Counted from the first letter of the stretch, positions 9,230 through 17,185 are shown. The stretch is DNA of 32,000 nucleotides from Schaalia meyeri (GCF_900105015.1 NZ_FNLK01000005.1:30001-62000); one strand, 5' to 3'. A program made the numbers and translations. Notes: generated from the letters alone by a model not told the origin.

Positions 9230-10357
9230 ATGAGCGGAATATCATCGGCCTCCCGTATCGTCGTCAAGATCGGCTCTTCATCCCTGACGCGCCTTGATGG
9301 CGGGTTGGACCTGAACCGTATCGATTCGGTGGCGCGCCTCGTGTCGCGTTGGCGTGGGTCGGAGCGCGAGGTGGTCATCGTCTCGTCGGGAGCGGTTGCT
9401 GCGGGTCTTGATCCCCTCGGTTTCTCGTCGAAGCCGAAGGACTTACCCAGCGTGCAGGCGGCCGCCGCGATGGGGCAGGGACTGCTGATGGCCCGCTGGA
9501 CGGCGGCGTTCCAAGCGCATCACCTGGACGTGGCGCAGGTCCTGTTGACCACGGAAGACGTGATGCGCCGCGATCATTACACCAATGCTCGCGCGGCTCT
9601 GGTTCGGCTCCTGGGCCTCGGTATCGTCCCGATTCTTAACGAGAACGATGCGGTGACCACCCGCGAACTCCGCTTCGGCGACAATGATCGTGTGGCCGCC
9701 TTGATTGCCCAAATGATCCGGGCGGACGCGCTGGTTTTACTGACAGATGTCGATGGCCTGTACACGGCGCCTCCGGATCATCCCGGGGCCCGGCTGGTGA
9801 CGCGAGTCTCGGGAGCGGACGACCTGATGAGTGTCCTCGTGACAGGCGCGGGCTCGCGAGTGGGCACGGGCGGCATGGCCACGAAGGTCCAGGCGGCGAT
9901 GCTGGCTACTGCCAGCGGAATCGGCGTTCAACTGGCCTGCGCGGACAACTTGGAGCATGTGTTGTCCGGCGAGTGCGTGGGAACGTGGTTTGAACCATCC
10001 CAGGAGCGTCCCGCATCGCGTCGCCTGTGGATCGCCCACGCGGCCCCCTCGCGCGGTGAGATCGTCGTTGACGAAGGGGCGGCGCGCGCCATCAAGGAAC
10101 GTAAGAAGTCGTTGCTCGTGGCCGGAGTGAGCTCCGTGCTGGGGCACTTCGACGCGGGCGATGTCGTGGATGTTGCCTGCCCGACCGGGCTGATCGCACG
10201 GGGCGTGTCCGGATATGACTCCGATACGCTGGCCCAGATCGCTGGCCTGGGAACGCCCGAGCTTCACTCAGCTGGGTACGAACATCCCAGGCCAGCCATC
10301 CATCGTGATGATCTGGCGGTGTTGGGCGACGCGTTTTCCGCCGTGAATGCCGACTGA
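9230..10357 (+). CDS. proB: Glutamate 5-kinase (with C-terminal PUA domain)
   Basis: The track ORF 9032..10357 is over-extended into obgE. The real start is ATG 9230 (MSGISSASRIVVKIGSSSLT), 3 nt after the obgE TAG stop. The amino-acid-kinase fold motifs (VSSGAVAAG, NENDAV, FGDNDRVAA, GTGGMATKV) are followed by a PUA-like tail. Confidence 0.92.
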   Translation: MSGISSASRIVVKIGSSSLTRLDGGLDLNRIDSVARLVSRWRGSEREVVIVSSGAVAAGLDPLGFSSKPKDLPSVQAAAAMGQGLLMARWTAAFQAHHLDVAQVLLTTEDVMRRDHYTNARAALVRLLGLGIVPILNENDAVTTRELRFGDNDRVAALIAQMIRADALVLLTDVDGLYTAPPDHPGARLVTRVSGADDLMSVLVTGAGSRVGTGGMATKVQAAMLATASGIGVQLACADNLEHVLSGECVGTWFEPSQERPASRRLWIAHAAPSRGEIVVDEGAARAIKERKKSLLVAGVSSVLGHFDAGDVVDVACPTGLIARGVSGYDSDTLAQIAGLGTPELHSAGYEHPRPAIHRDDLAVLGDAFSAVNAD

Positions 10358-11675
10358 TACGGCTCGCGGCGCGCTCGTGTGTCATTATGGCCGGGTGGAT
10401 ACTCCAGCAGATATTTCCCAGGTGACGGATGTAGCGCGTCAGGCGGCGCGAATTCTCGCGAACGCGACGACCCAGGTCAAAAACCGCGGGCTCGAAGCGA
10501 TTGCTGCGGCGCTCATTGAGCGCAGTGACCAGATTCTGGCGGCTAACGCAGAGGACGTTGCCCGCGGTCAAGCGGAACAGATGAGCGAGGGGCTGTTGGA
10601 TCGGCTCACTCTGACCCCAGAACGGATTCGTTCCATCGCGCAGGCCGTCCGGGAGATCGTTGCTCTGCCTGATCCGATCGGCCAGGTCGTGCGCGGAACA
10701 CGCACCGACATCGGTCTGCGCGTGACCCAGGAGCGCGTCCCGCTCGGCGTCGTTGGCATCATCTACGAGGCCCGACCGAACGTGACCATCGACGCCGCAA
10801 GCCTGGCGATTAAGGCCGGCAATGCAGTGATCCTGCGCGGTGGAAGCGCCGCCCAGGCCTCGAATCGAATGCTTGTCGAGGTGTGCCGTGACGCGTTGAC
10901 ATCCGTGGGTTTGCCGCCGGATGCCATTACGACGGTCGATCCGTGGGGGCGAGCCGGGGCTCGGGCCATGATGAGGGCGCGCGGTGCCGTAGACGCGCTC
11001 ATTCCGCGCGGGGGCGCGGGCCTGATTAACGCTGTGGTCGAGGAATCGCGTGTTCCCGTCATCGAAACGGGAACGGGCAACTGCCACGTGTACGTGGATG
11101 CGTCCGCGGACTTGGAGGCGGGCGAGGCGATCATCATGAACGCGAAGACGCAGCGTGTGGGTGTGTGCAACGCGGCGGAGACGCTGCTGGTTCACGCCGA
11201 CGTGGCGCCGCGTTTCCTGGTCGCGGCAGTGACCAGGCTGACGACAGCGGGCGTGACGATTCACGCGGATGAAGCCACCCGGACCATCATCGACGGCAAC
11301 CCCTCCATCGACGCGGACATGGTCGTTGACGCCTCGGCGGAAGACTGGGAGACCGAATACCTCTCGATGGACTTGGCGGTGCGCGTCGTGGCGGACGTTG
11401 AAGAGGCGATCGAGCACATCCGCCGATACTCGACCGGACACACCGAGGGAATCGTCGCCAGCGACGTTTTAGCCATTCGCGCATTTCGCTCGGGCGTCGA
11501 TGCGGCCGCCATCGCGGTCAACGCGTCGACGCGCTTCACGGACGGAGGCCAGCTCGGCCTCGGCGCAGAGGTGGGCATCTCCACCCAGAAGCTACACGCG
11601 CGGGGACCGATGGGCCTGACCGAGTTGACCACGACGACCTGGATCTACGAGGGGGAGGGAACGATCCGCCCGTGA
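10347..11675 (+). CDS. proA: Glutamate-5-semialdehyde dehydrogenase (gamma-glutamyl phosphate reductase)
   Basis: Aldehyde-dehydrogenase-type ProA sequence ([70 protein letters not shown]). ATG 10347 overlaps the proB end by 11 nt. GTG 10395 is an alternative start. Confidence 0.9.
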   Translation: MPTDTARGALVCHYGRVDTPADISQVTDVARQAARILANATTQVKNRGLEAIAAALIERSDQILAANAEDVARGQAEQMSEGLLDRLTLTPERIRSIAQAVREIVALPDPIGQVVRGTRTDIGLRVTQERVPLGVVGIIYEARPNVTIDAASLAIKAGNAVILRGGSAAQASNRMLVEVCRDALTSVGLPPDAITTVDPWGRAGARAMMRARGAVDALIPRGGAGLINAVVEESRVPVIETGTGNCHVYVDASADLEAGEAIIMNAKTQRVGVCNAAETLLVHADVAPRFLVAAVTRLTTAGVTIHADEATRTIIDGNPSIDADMVVDASAEDWETEYLSMDLAVRVVADVEEAIEHIRRYSTGHTEGIVASDVLAIRAFRSGVDAAAIAVNASTRFTDGGQLGLGAEVGISTQKLHARGPMGLTELTTTTWIYEGEGTIRP

Positions 11676-12382
11676 GTGTGCAGGAGAGCGACCGGAACGA
11701 GACCGCGGAGGCGGAGCCGGGCGGGAATACCACTGAGGCGACTGCCGGGGTGACCGCTGCCCCGACCTCCCCCCAGCATCCTCCCCGCGCGCTACGCAGG
11801 CGGCGGGTGATCGGGATCATGGGTGGAACCTTCGATCCGATTCATCACGGGCACCTCGTCGCCGCCTCCGAAGTAATGGACGTGTACGGACTCGACCAGG
11901 TCGTGTTCGTGCCGACCGCTATGCAGCCTTTTAAGGCAGGCAGACGCGTCACGTCGGCGGAGCATCGCTATCTCATGACGGTGATCGCCACCGCCTCCAA
12001 TCCCCGCTTTGCCGTGTCGCGGGTGGACATTGATCGGGGAGGGACGACTTTCACGATCGACACGCTGGCGGATCTGTCGCGGGAGTATCCGGATTCGGAC
12101 TTCTACTTCATCACCGGCGCCGACGCCCTGGCGCAGATCGCGCAGTGGAAGGACTCCGATACGCTCTTCGAGCAGGCGCATTTCATCGGCGTGACCCGCC
12201 CCGGTCACAACCTGTCGGATCCCGGTTTGCCTCATGAATCCGTGTCCCTGCTGGAAGTGCCCGCGATGGCAATCTCTTCAACGGACTGTCGGTCGCGCGT
12301 CGAGGAGGGCAAGCCCGTGTGGTATCTGGTTCCCGACGGAGTTGTCCAGTACATCAACAAGTACGGCCTGTATCGGTCGTAA
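11672..12382 (+). CDS. nadD: Nicotinate-nucleotide adenylyltransferase
   Basis: [15 protein letters not shown] (the (T/H)xGH nucleotidyltransferase motif) and the ISSTDCR motif are present. GTG 11672 overlaps the proA stop (GTGA). The ~45-aa N-terminal extension is low complexity, and an alternative start is GTG 11807 ([11 protein letters not shown]). Confidence 0.88.
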   Translation: MSVQESDRNETAEAEPGGNTTEATAGVTAAPTSPQHPPRALRRRRVIGIMGGTFDPIHHGHLVAASEVMDVYGLDQVVFVPTAMQPFKAGRRVTSAEHRYLMTVIATASNPRFAVSRVDIDRGGTTFTIDTLADLSREYPDSDFYFITGADALAQIAQWKDSDTLFEQAHFIGVTRPGHNLSDPGLPHESVSLLEVPAMAISSTDCRSRVEEGKPVWYLVPDGVVQYINKYGLYRS

Positions 12383-12395
12383 CGTAAGGAGAAAC

Positions 12396-12821
12396 GTGAC
12401 TCTTCCCGCCGCTACTCGAAACCTGGCGACACTCGTCGCTCACGCCGCGCACGATCTGGGCGGCATCAACCCGGTGTTGGTGGACGTGACGAGCAAGCTG
12501 GCTCTGGCCGACGCCTTTGTGGTCGTCTCTGCCCCGACGGACCGCCAGGTGAGGGCAATCGCCGAGGACATTATGGATCGCGTCTGGGCGAACGGCGGGC
12601 GCCGACCCGCCCACATTGAGGGGCGCTCCGAGGGAGTGTGGGTGCTCCTGGACTACTCGGATCTGCTTGTTCACGTTCTGTTAGACGGGGAGCGGGAGTT
12701 TTACGCGCTTGAACGCCTGTGGGGAGACTGTCCCGCGGTACCGATTGAGGTGGACACCGAGGAAGCACGCGCAGCGGCCGTTGCGCGTGCGGCTGCCCAC
12801 GGCGCGGAAGGAAGACAGTGA
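12396..12821 (+). CDS. rsfS: Ribosome silencing factor RsfS (iojap family)
   Basis: The track ORF 12234..12821 is over-extended into nadD. GTG 12396 is preceded by AAGGAG (12386-12391). The sequence VLVDVTSKLALADAFVVVSAPTDRQVRAIAEDI...WVLLDYSDLLVHVLLDGEREFYALERLW is typical RsfS. Confidence 0.85.
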   Translation: MTLPAATRNLATLVAHAAHDLGGINPVLVDVTSKLALADAFVVVSAPTDRQVRAIAEDIMDRVWANGGRRPAHIEGRSEGVWVLLDYSDLLVHVLLDGEREFYALERLWGDCPAVPIEVDTEEARAAAVARAAAHGAEGRQ

Positions 12822-13552
12822 GCGCCCCAAGGATCGTCCTGCTCCGCCACGGCCAGACTGACTTCAATCGGCAGCGGCGCTTTCAGGGGCGCATTGATAT
12901 GCCCCTGAATGATACGGGACGTTCCCAGGCGGCCGGGGCCGCCGACGTGCTGGTGAGTCGCCTGTGCGAACCCAGCGCAGAGGTGGGCATGTTTGCGTCG
13001 CCGCCTGATGGCGCGTACGACGACGGGGGCGTGCGCATCGTGAGTTCTCCCCTGGGGCGTGCGCTTGATACGGCACATATCGTCGCCCGTGTGTTCGATG
13101 TAGCTGGCTATTCGTGCGATGGGCCGATAATCGATGAACGGCTCACGGAGCGTTTCTATGGGAGCTTCGAGGGGAAGACCTACGAGGAGATCGGCGAGGA
13201 GGATCCCCACGCCTCTCGTGAGTATCGGGGGAGCGGCGAGTGCGATCGGGCACAGGTCGAACGCTCCGAGGCCGTGGGTGCGCGGGTGCGTGCGGCTGTG
13301 TTGGAGGCGGCGGGCGGATGCCGTGATGGCCAGTCGTTGATCGTCGTTTCTCACGGTGCTGCTATTGCCCGCGGTATCGTGTCCCTGCTTGGCTTAGACC
13401 CGGCAGTCTTTAACGGGCTGCGCGGCGTGGATAACTGCCACTGGTCGGAGCTGGTCCCCGTGGGTGTGTCGACAGCGAAGAGCGCCGCCCTGCACGGATG
13501 GCGGCTGGTGTCGCACAATATCGGATCGCGCGAGGATATTTTGGGGGCGTAG
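12818..13552 (+). CDS. Histidine phosphatase (phosphoglycerate mutase-like) family protein
   Basis: The RHG catalytic motif is present (IVLLRHGQTDFNRQRRFQGRIDMPLNDTGRSQA), along with a later SHGAAI motif. GTG 12818 overlaps the rsfS stop (GTGA). It occupies the same position after nadD-rsfS as gpgP (Rv2419c) in M. tuberculosis, but the substrate cannot be read from sequence. Confidence 0.8.
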   Translation: MSAPRIVLLRHGQTDFNRQRRFQGRIDMPLNDTGRSQAAGAADVLVSRLCEPSAEVGMFASPPDGAYDDGGVRIVSSPLGRALDTAHIVARVFDVAGYSCDGPIIDERLTERFYGSFEGKTYEEIGEEDPHASREYRGSGECDRAQVERSEAVGARVRAAVLEAAGGCRDGQSLIVVSHGAAIARGIVSLLGLDPAVFNGLRGVDNCHWSELVPVGVSTAKSAALHGWRLVSHNIGSREDILGA

Positions 13553-13680
13553 TGCTGCAGGGGGCAGGTGCGCGCCAAGGCCCCCGATTGCTTTGTGACG
13601 AGTGACACTTATCTTGATTTGCCTTTCTTTTGTGGTGTCCGCTATTCTTTATGAGGTCGCTGAGGCGGCGAATCAAATAC

Positions 13681-13753
13681 GGGGCTATGGCGCAGTTGGT
13701 AGCGCGCTTCCATGGCATGGAAGAGGTCGGGGGTTCGAATCCCCCTAGCTCCA
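13681..13753 (+). tRNA. tRNA-Ala (anticodon GGC)
   Basis: I folded the cloverleaf by hand: acceptor GGGGCTA/TAGCTCC with the Ala identity pair G3:U70, D-arm GCGC-AGTTGGTA-GCGC, anticodon arm CTTCC-ATGGCAT-GGAAG (anticodon GGC), T-arm GGGGG-TTCGAAT-CCCCC, discriminator A. CCA is not encoded. Confidence 0.95.
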
Positions 13754-13761
13754 CGTTTTGG

Positions 13762-13791
13762 CCGACACTCGTTTTCGAGTGTCGGTTTTTT
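13762..13791 (+). terminator. Rho-independent terminator after tRNA-Ala
   Basis: CCGACACTCG (13762-13771), loop TTTT, CGAGTGTCGG (13776-13785), then TTTTTT (13786-13791). Confidence 0.8.
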
Positions 13792-14162
13792 GCGTCAAAC
13801 ATTGTGTCGTGTCAACATCTGGGTATGTGACAAAAAGTGATTAAAGGACAAAACGTGTTTATTTTGTAGGGGTTTTTCGTTGTGATTGTAGGGGAAAGTC
13901 AATATTGAAGTCGGTGGGGGGCGGCTTGACGGATGGGCAAAACGTGTTGGTTTGATCGCAGCCTTTCGGCTTGTTGGCGCGGGAAGATCCTGGTTGAAGG
14001 TGGGTGTTTGATTGTGGTGGCGTGAACAATCCCCAACACCCGGTGTGTGGGCGCGTGGTGACCAGGTGTGAACATGCAGCTTCAAGGGTGCAGCCGCTGT
14101 CTTCGCTGTCGTTCGCCCAGGTCCGTATTCTGCTGTTGGTGTTGCTGCCTTTTGCGGTTGGT

Positions 14163-14246
14163 TCGTGGATAGGAAGTGTGTTTCTGGATAGGAAGTGCGC
14201 TCGTGGATAGGTTATTAACCTATCCAGGCGGCCGTTTCCGATCCAG
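14163..14246. repeat. Iteron-like array: three direct TGGATAGG(AAGTG) sites at 19-bp spacing, the third forming a 23-bp palindrome, followed by an inverted related site
   Basis: TGGATAGGAAGTG occurs at 14166-14178 and 14185-14197. TGGATAGGTTA-T-TAACCTATCCA at 14204-14226 has perfect 11-bp arms. TTCCGATCCAG at 14236-14246 is the reverse complement of CTGGATCGGAA and matches the direct copies at 10 of 11 positions. GTTTCC recurs at 14235, 14253 and 14270. Confidence 0.65.
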
Positions 14247-14619
14247 GGAACTGTTTCCTCGTGTGTCCGTTTCCTGTACAAGTGTGGGGCTCACGCGTGC
14301 TGCGCGCTCTCGCTCCGTTCGCACAGGCAGACAACCCGTTGTTGGGTGGTTGCTAAAGCCGCTGGGATGCGCGTGGCCCTCGATGGCGGTTAAAGCCGCA
14401 TACATGGGCTGCCCACGCGCACCTCAGCAGGGTTATGCGCGCGTAATCGGATTGACGCGCGGCGGGGCAGGTCAACGTGCGCAATGGGAAAACCCAGCTT
14501 GGCGCCTGGCGCGAACCTTCACAAGCCAACCAGGCCAACGGCATCGTCCCCCAGTGGGGTGAGGCAACCTGCCGGAGCAATCCCCAACCACAACGCTCGA
14601 CAGGTCGGCGGATTCTGGA

Positions 14620-14675
14620 GGTGGTTGCAACACGTTTCGTGACCTGAACAGCAGGTTCGAGGCGTTGCAACCACC
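14620..14675. repeat. 12-bp perfect inverted repeat (potential long hairpin or paired operator) in the non-coding region upstream of the CAP-domain gene
   Basis: GGTGGTTGCAAC (14620-14631) and GTTGCAACCACC (14664-14675) are exact reverse complements separated by 32 nt. Each arm contains the self-complementary GTTGCAAC. Confidence 0.45.
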
Positions 14676-14928
14676 CCTAGAACCTACAGCCTTCCAGCAA
14701 CGTAACCTGCCCAAATGGCCCGGCTAGCTGACGATGTGGTGGTAAGTCTGTAATTGAAAGAGGCGACGTTGTGGTATCGGAATATGGGACGCGCGAATTA
14801 TGTCAAACCGATAATGCGTTGAAATTGCGTAGGTTTACATGTAATGACCTGATGAGTCAAGCTTGAAGATATGTGTACCGAGTGGAAGGATTTATCTATC
14901 CTGTCCCATAGTGTTAGGCCGGTGCCCA

Positions 14929-16714
14929 ATGTCGTTCCAACTTGCTCGCACCCATACGTTGGTGGTTCTCGCAGCCACCACGATCGCTGCGTCTGCCGTC
15001 GTTATCCCCTCGCTGGCCGAGGGGAGGAACTCCTCCCAGGATGCTCTCTGCGCGTCGCTCATTGGGGCGCAAGGACCCATCGGTTCGCAATACAATCCTC
15101 TGCTAGCGAGCTATGCCGCTGCGGCAGGCCGGGCAACTACTTTCGCCGGTGACCACGCCCGTGAAGCCCAGCTGCGCGCCGCCCTGTCAGATGCCCAGGC
15201 GGCCCTAGAGTCCGCGAAGGCGGGGGCCCAGCAGTCCACCCCCTCTGCGGGAGGCTCGTCCCTTCGTGGTTTTGCGGCTGATCGCGGACTGGACTGGGTC
15301 GACTGGTCCACAGTCGATGATGCAACGCAGGCGCGGATCATTGAGGCGCTCATCGTTCAAAAGGTGAACGCATATCGCGCGAACGCTGGCCTGCCCGAGC
15401 TGGTCGTCTCTGCCACCGTGACCGCCGATGCTCGCGCGTGGAGTAAACACATGTCCGATTCCGATGATTTCAACCACGATCCGATCTACAAGTACCTTGG
15501 TGCGGGCAAGCTGGATGGCGGAGATACCACGTACGCGAGTGAGAACATCGCCTACAACCATCGTGAAAACTTCGGGGATAAGTGGGGGGGCTGACGGTAC
15601 CTTGAAGGATCCGGCGCAGGCTGCAAATGCCCTCTTTGACCAATGGAAGAACTCCTCTGGTCACGACAAAAATATGCTCGCTCAGAACAATGTTGTAGGC
15701 GTCGGCGTCCATATCGCCAAGCACGGCGAACGCACGCGCATCTACGGCACGCAGAAGTTCTACGCCATCACCGCAGGGGTGCCGAACACGCAACGTTTCC
15801 ACACTATCGGGGACGCGGCCTCGGCCTATGGATTCGACAGCGACGCCTTTCGCGCCGACAACACGACCTACGTGTCGGGACTGGCCGGATCCGGCGACGA
15901 CCAGCGCGCTAACTCCTGGCAGAACAAGGTGGGCGCGCTCCCCGGCAGGTCCTTGCCGGTTGATGTATCTGAGCTGCCCACTAGGCCAGGGGCTGCGACA
16001 GCCGCGTCTACGGCTCCCGCTTCCAAGGAAAGCGAAAAACCGGTTGAGCGGACGCAGGCGGTTGCCGACGCTCAGGCCGCCGTCGATCGTGCGCAGGCCG
16101 ACCTGGACGGCTATCTAGCATCCGTTCCCGACGAGCGGGCGACTGAAAGCCTCGCCGATATCGATGCGGAACTCGACCGCGTGGCTGACTCGATTGCTTC
16201 GGCAACCTCCGTTCACCCCGAGAAGGACGGTGGCGTGACGGTGCGGAACGGCGGTCGGGCTGGTCGTTACCTGACGGCGGTCGAGTATCAACGCGAGCTG
16301 GCGCGGTGCTCCACCGTTTCGCTTGGACCCGCATCCTCCCAGTCTGCCCGTTCGCAGGACGCGGGTGAGGGGGAGGCGAATCCTTTGATGCGCCAGTCCG
16401 GCCAGTCCTTGGCAACGCCGAATACTCCTGCCGGTGGCGGGGTAAAGCGTGATGAGCCCCCGGCCGATGCCCCGGTTTCCCCCAACGATCGAGGAGGAGA
16501 AGCTGCTCACACGGGTATTACTCCGCCAGCTACCTCGGCTCATGCCGATGCGTCGGGCATTCCGGCGTCGGCTCGGGTGTCCACCCCATCCCAGGCGCGG
16601 GCTCAGGCGCTCGCAGCAACGGGTTCCTCTGCCGTATGGGTCGGAATCGGAGCCCTCGCCCTCCTGGTTGTCGGCGCGGGTGCGCTCATCGCGTCGCGCC
16701 GAGCTAAACGCTGA
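14929..16714 (+). pseudogene. Secreted CAP/SCP (PR-1-like) domain protein with a C-terminal LAATG cell-wall sorting signal; the frame is interrupted at a G7 tract (fragments 14929..15594 and about 15578..16714)
   Basis: Signal peptide MSFQLARTHTLVVLAATTIAASAVVIPSLAEG from ATG 14929. The first half of the CAP domain (VNAYRANAGLPEL...AWSKHMSDSDDFNHD...ASENIAYN) is in one frame and the second half (ALFDQWKNSSGHDKNMLAQNNVVGVGV) is in the +1 frame. The switch falls exactly at ggggggg 15584-15590, and one G fewer restores a single ORF of about 594 codons. The C-terminus is LAATG (16610-16624), then a hydrophobic stretch, then RRAKR. Confidence 0.75.
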
Positions 16715-16726
16715 GACGACGAGTCG

Positions 16727-16756
16727 GCCCCGTCGATAAATGGTCATCGGCGGGGC
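16727..16756 (+). terminator. Stem-loop downstream of the CAP-domain gene (possible terminator, no U-tract)
   Basis: GCCCCGTCGAT (16727-16737) pairs with ATCGGCGGGGC (16746-16756): 11 bp including one G-U pair, with an 8-nt loop. It begins 13 nt after the stop codon. Confidence 0.4.
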
Positions 16757-17065
16757 GGAACCGCCAACCTCGCGGGGAGCGGATCGCGTGATCGTTTGCG
16801 GCGGAACGCGCCTCGCTTCGGGTAAAGTGCTCGTGTTTTGCTATGCGTGCCACTGCGCGATTGCGTGCTTGAAGGAATGGGTGCCTTGACTCTGGCGCCC
16901 GGGCCCTCATCAGAGTGATGTTTGACAGCGGAAGTGTGTGTCGGTATGTCCACCCGGACGTGTCATTGTTGTTGTGTCGACGCAGACCTCGTTGCCAGTG
17001 GTGGAGCGCGGATTCGTTGCGCGGATTATTGACTTGTATCACTTTTGTCAGCTGGTGGTTGATTA

Positions 17066-17094
17066 TTGACAAACTCTTCTGCATACTAAGTAAT
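17066..17094 (+). promoter_or_regulatory. Candidate housekeeping-sigma promoter for the cell-wall-binding-repeat gene
   Basis: TTGACA (17066-17071), a 17-nt spacer, then AGTAAT (17089-17094), in an AT-richer stretch about 95 nt upstream of the ATG at 17186. GATTATTGAC is duplicated (17024-17033 and 17061-17070). The predicted 5' UTR holds the perfect 12-bp palindrome AGCCACGTGGCT (17133-17144). Confidence 0.45.
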
Positions 17095-17185
17095 GCATTA
17101 CGCGGAACCGTAACGAGTTGGTTGGAGCATCCAGCCACGTGGCTCTGTACGGTGTCGCCACTCCGATCCCATGAGAGGACTACAC

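Noticed and set aside
10092-11441. 449-aa minus-strand ORF
   Set aside because: It is antisense to proB/proA, is Arg/His/Asp-rich, and has no domain signature.
13553-13680. Promoter for tRNA-Ala (TTGATT at 13611, TTGTGG at about 13629, TATTCT at about 13644)
   Set aside because: No -35/-10 pair with acceptable 16-18 nt spacing could be assembled. The tRNA may simply be co-transcribed with the upstream operon.
14074-14172. 32-codon sORF MQLQGCSRCLRCRSPRSVFCCWCCCLLRLVRG (8 Cys) with an AGGTG 5 nt upstream. In another frame the same DNA reads as a hydrophobic peptide (VRILLLVLLPFAVGSWIGSVFL, inside ORF 14004..14210).
   Set aside because: The Cys richness comes from a simple TG(C/T)-rich run that equally yields a Leu-rich peptide in another frame. 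There is no nearby modification or transport gene and no way to assess conservation here. It is worth a ribosome-profiling look only if the region proves to be transcribed.
14163-14246. CRISPR array or oriC/DnaA-box cluster as an interpretation of the 19-bp phased repeats
   Set aside because: The repeats are too short and too few, and there are no spacer-sized unique segments, so this is not a CRISPR array. GTGGATAGG only loosely resembles DnaA boxes, and the locus is not near dnaA/dnaN or an AT-rich unwinding element.
14438-14605. Possible c-di-AMP (ydaO-type) riboswitch upstream of the secreted CAP gene
   Set aside because: Only fragmentary motif resemblance is present (CGCGUAAUC, GCGGGG, GGGGUGA, AAUCC..AACC). 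The conserved ACCCGA/CAGCUAACC core is not present, the pseudo-two-fold helices could not be drawn convincingly, and the distance to the start codon is over 300 nt. It is kept only as a note within the candidate-RNA finding.
13754-14928. Integrated prophage or ICE remnant at tRNA-Ala
   Set aside because: No integrase, excisionase or transposase frame could be recognised in any of the six frames, even allowing for frameshifts. No direct repeat of the tRNA 3' end was found up to pepN. A mobile origin remains only a possibility.
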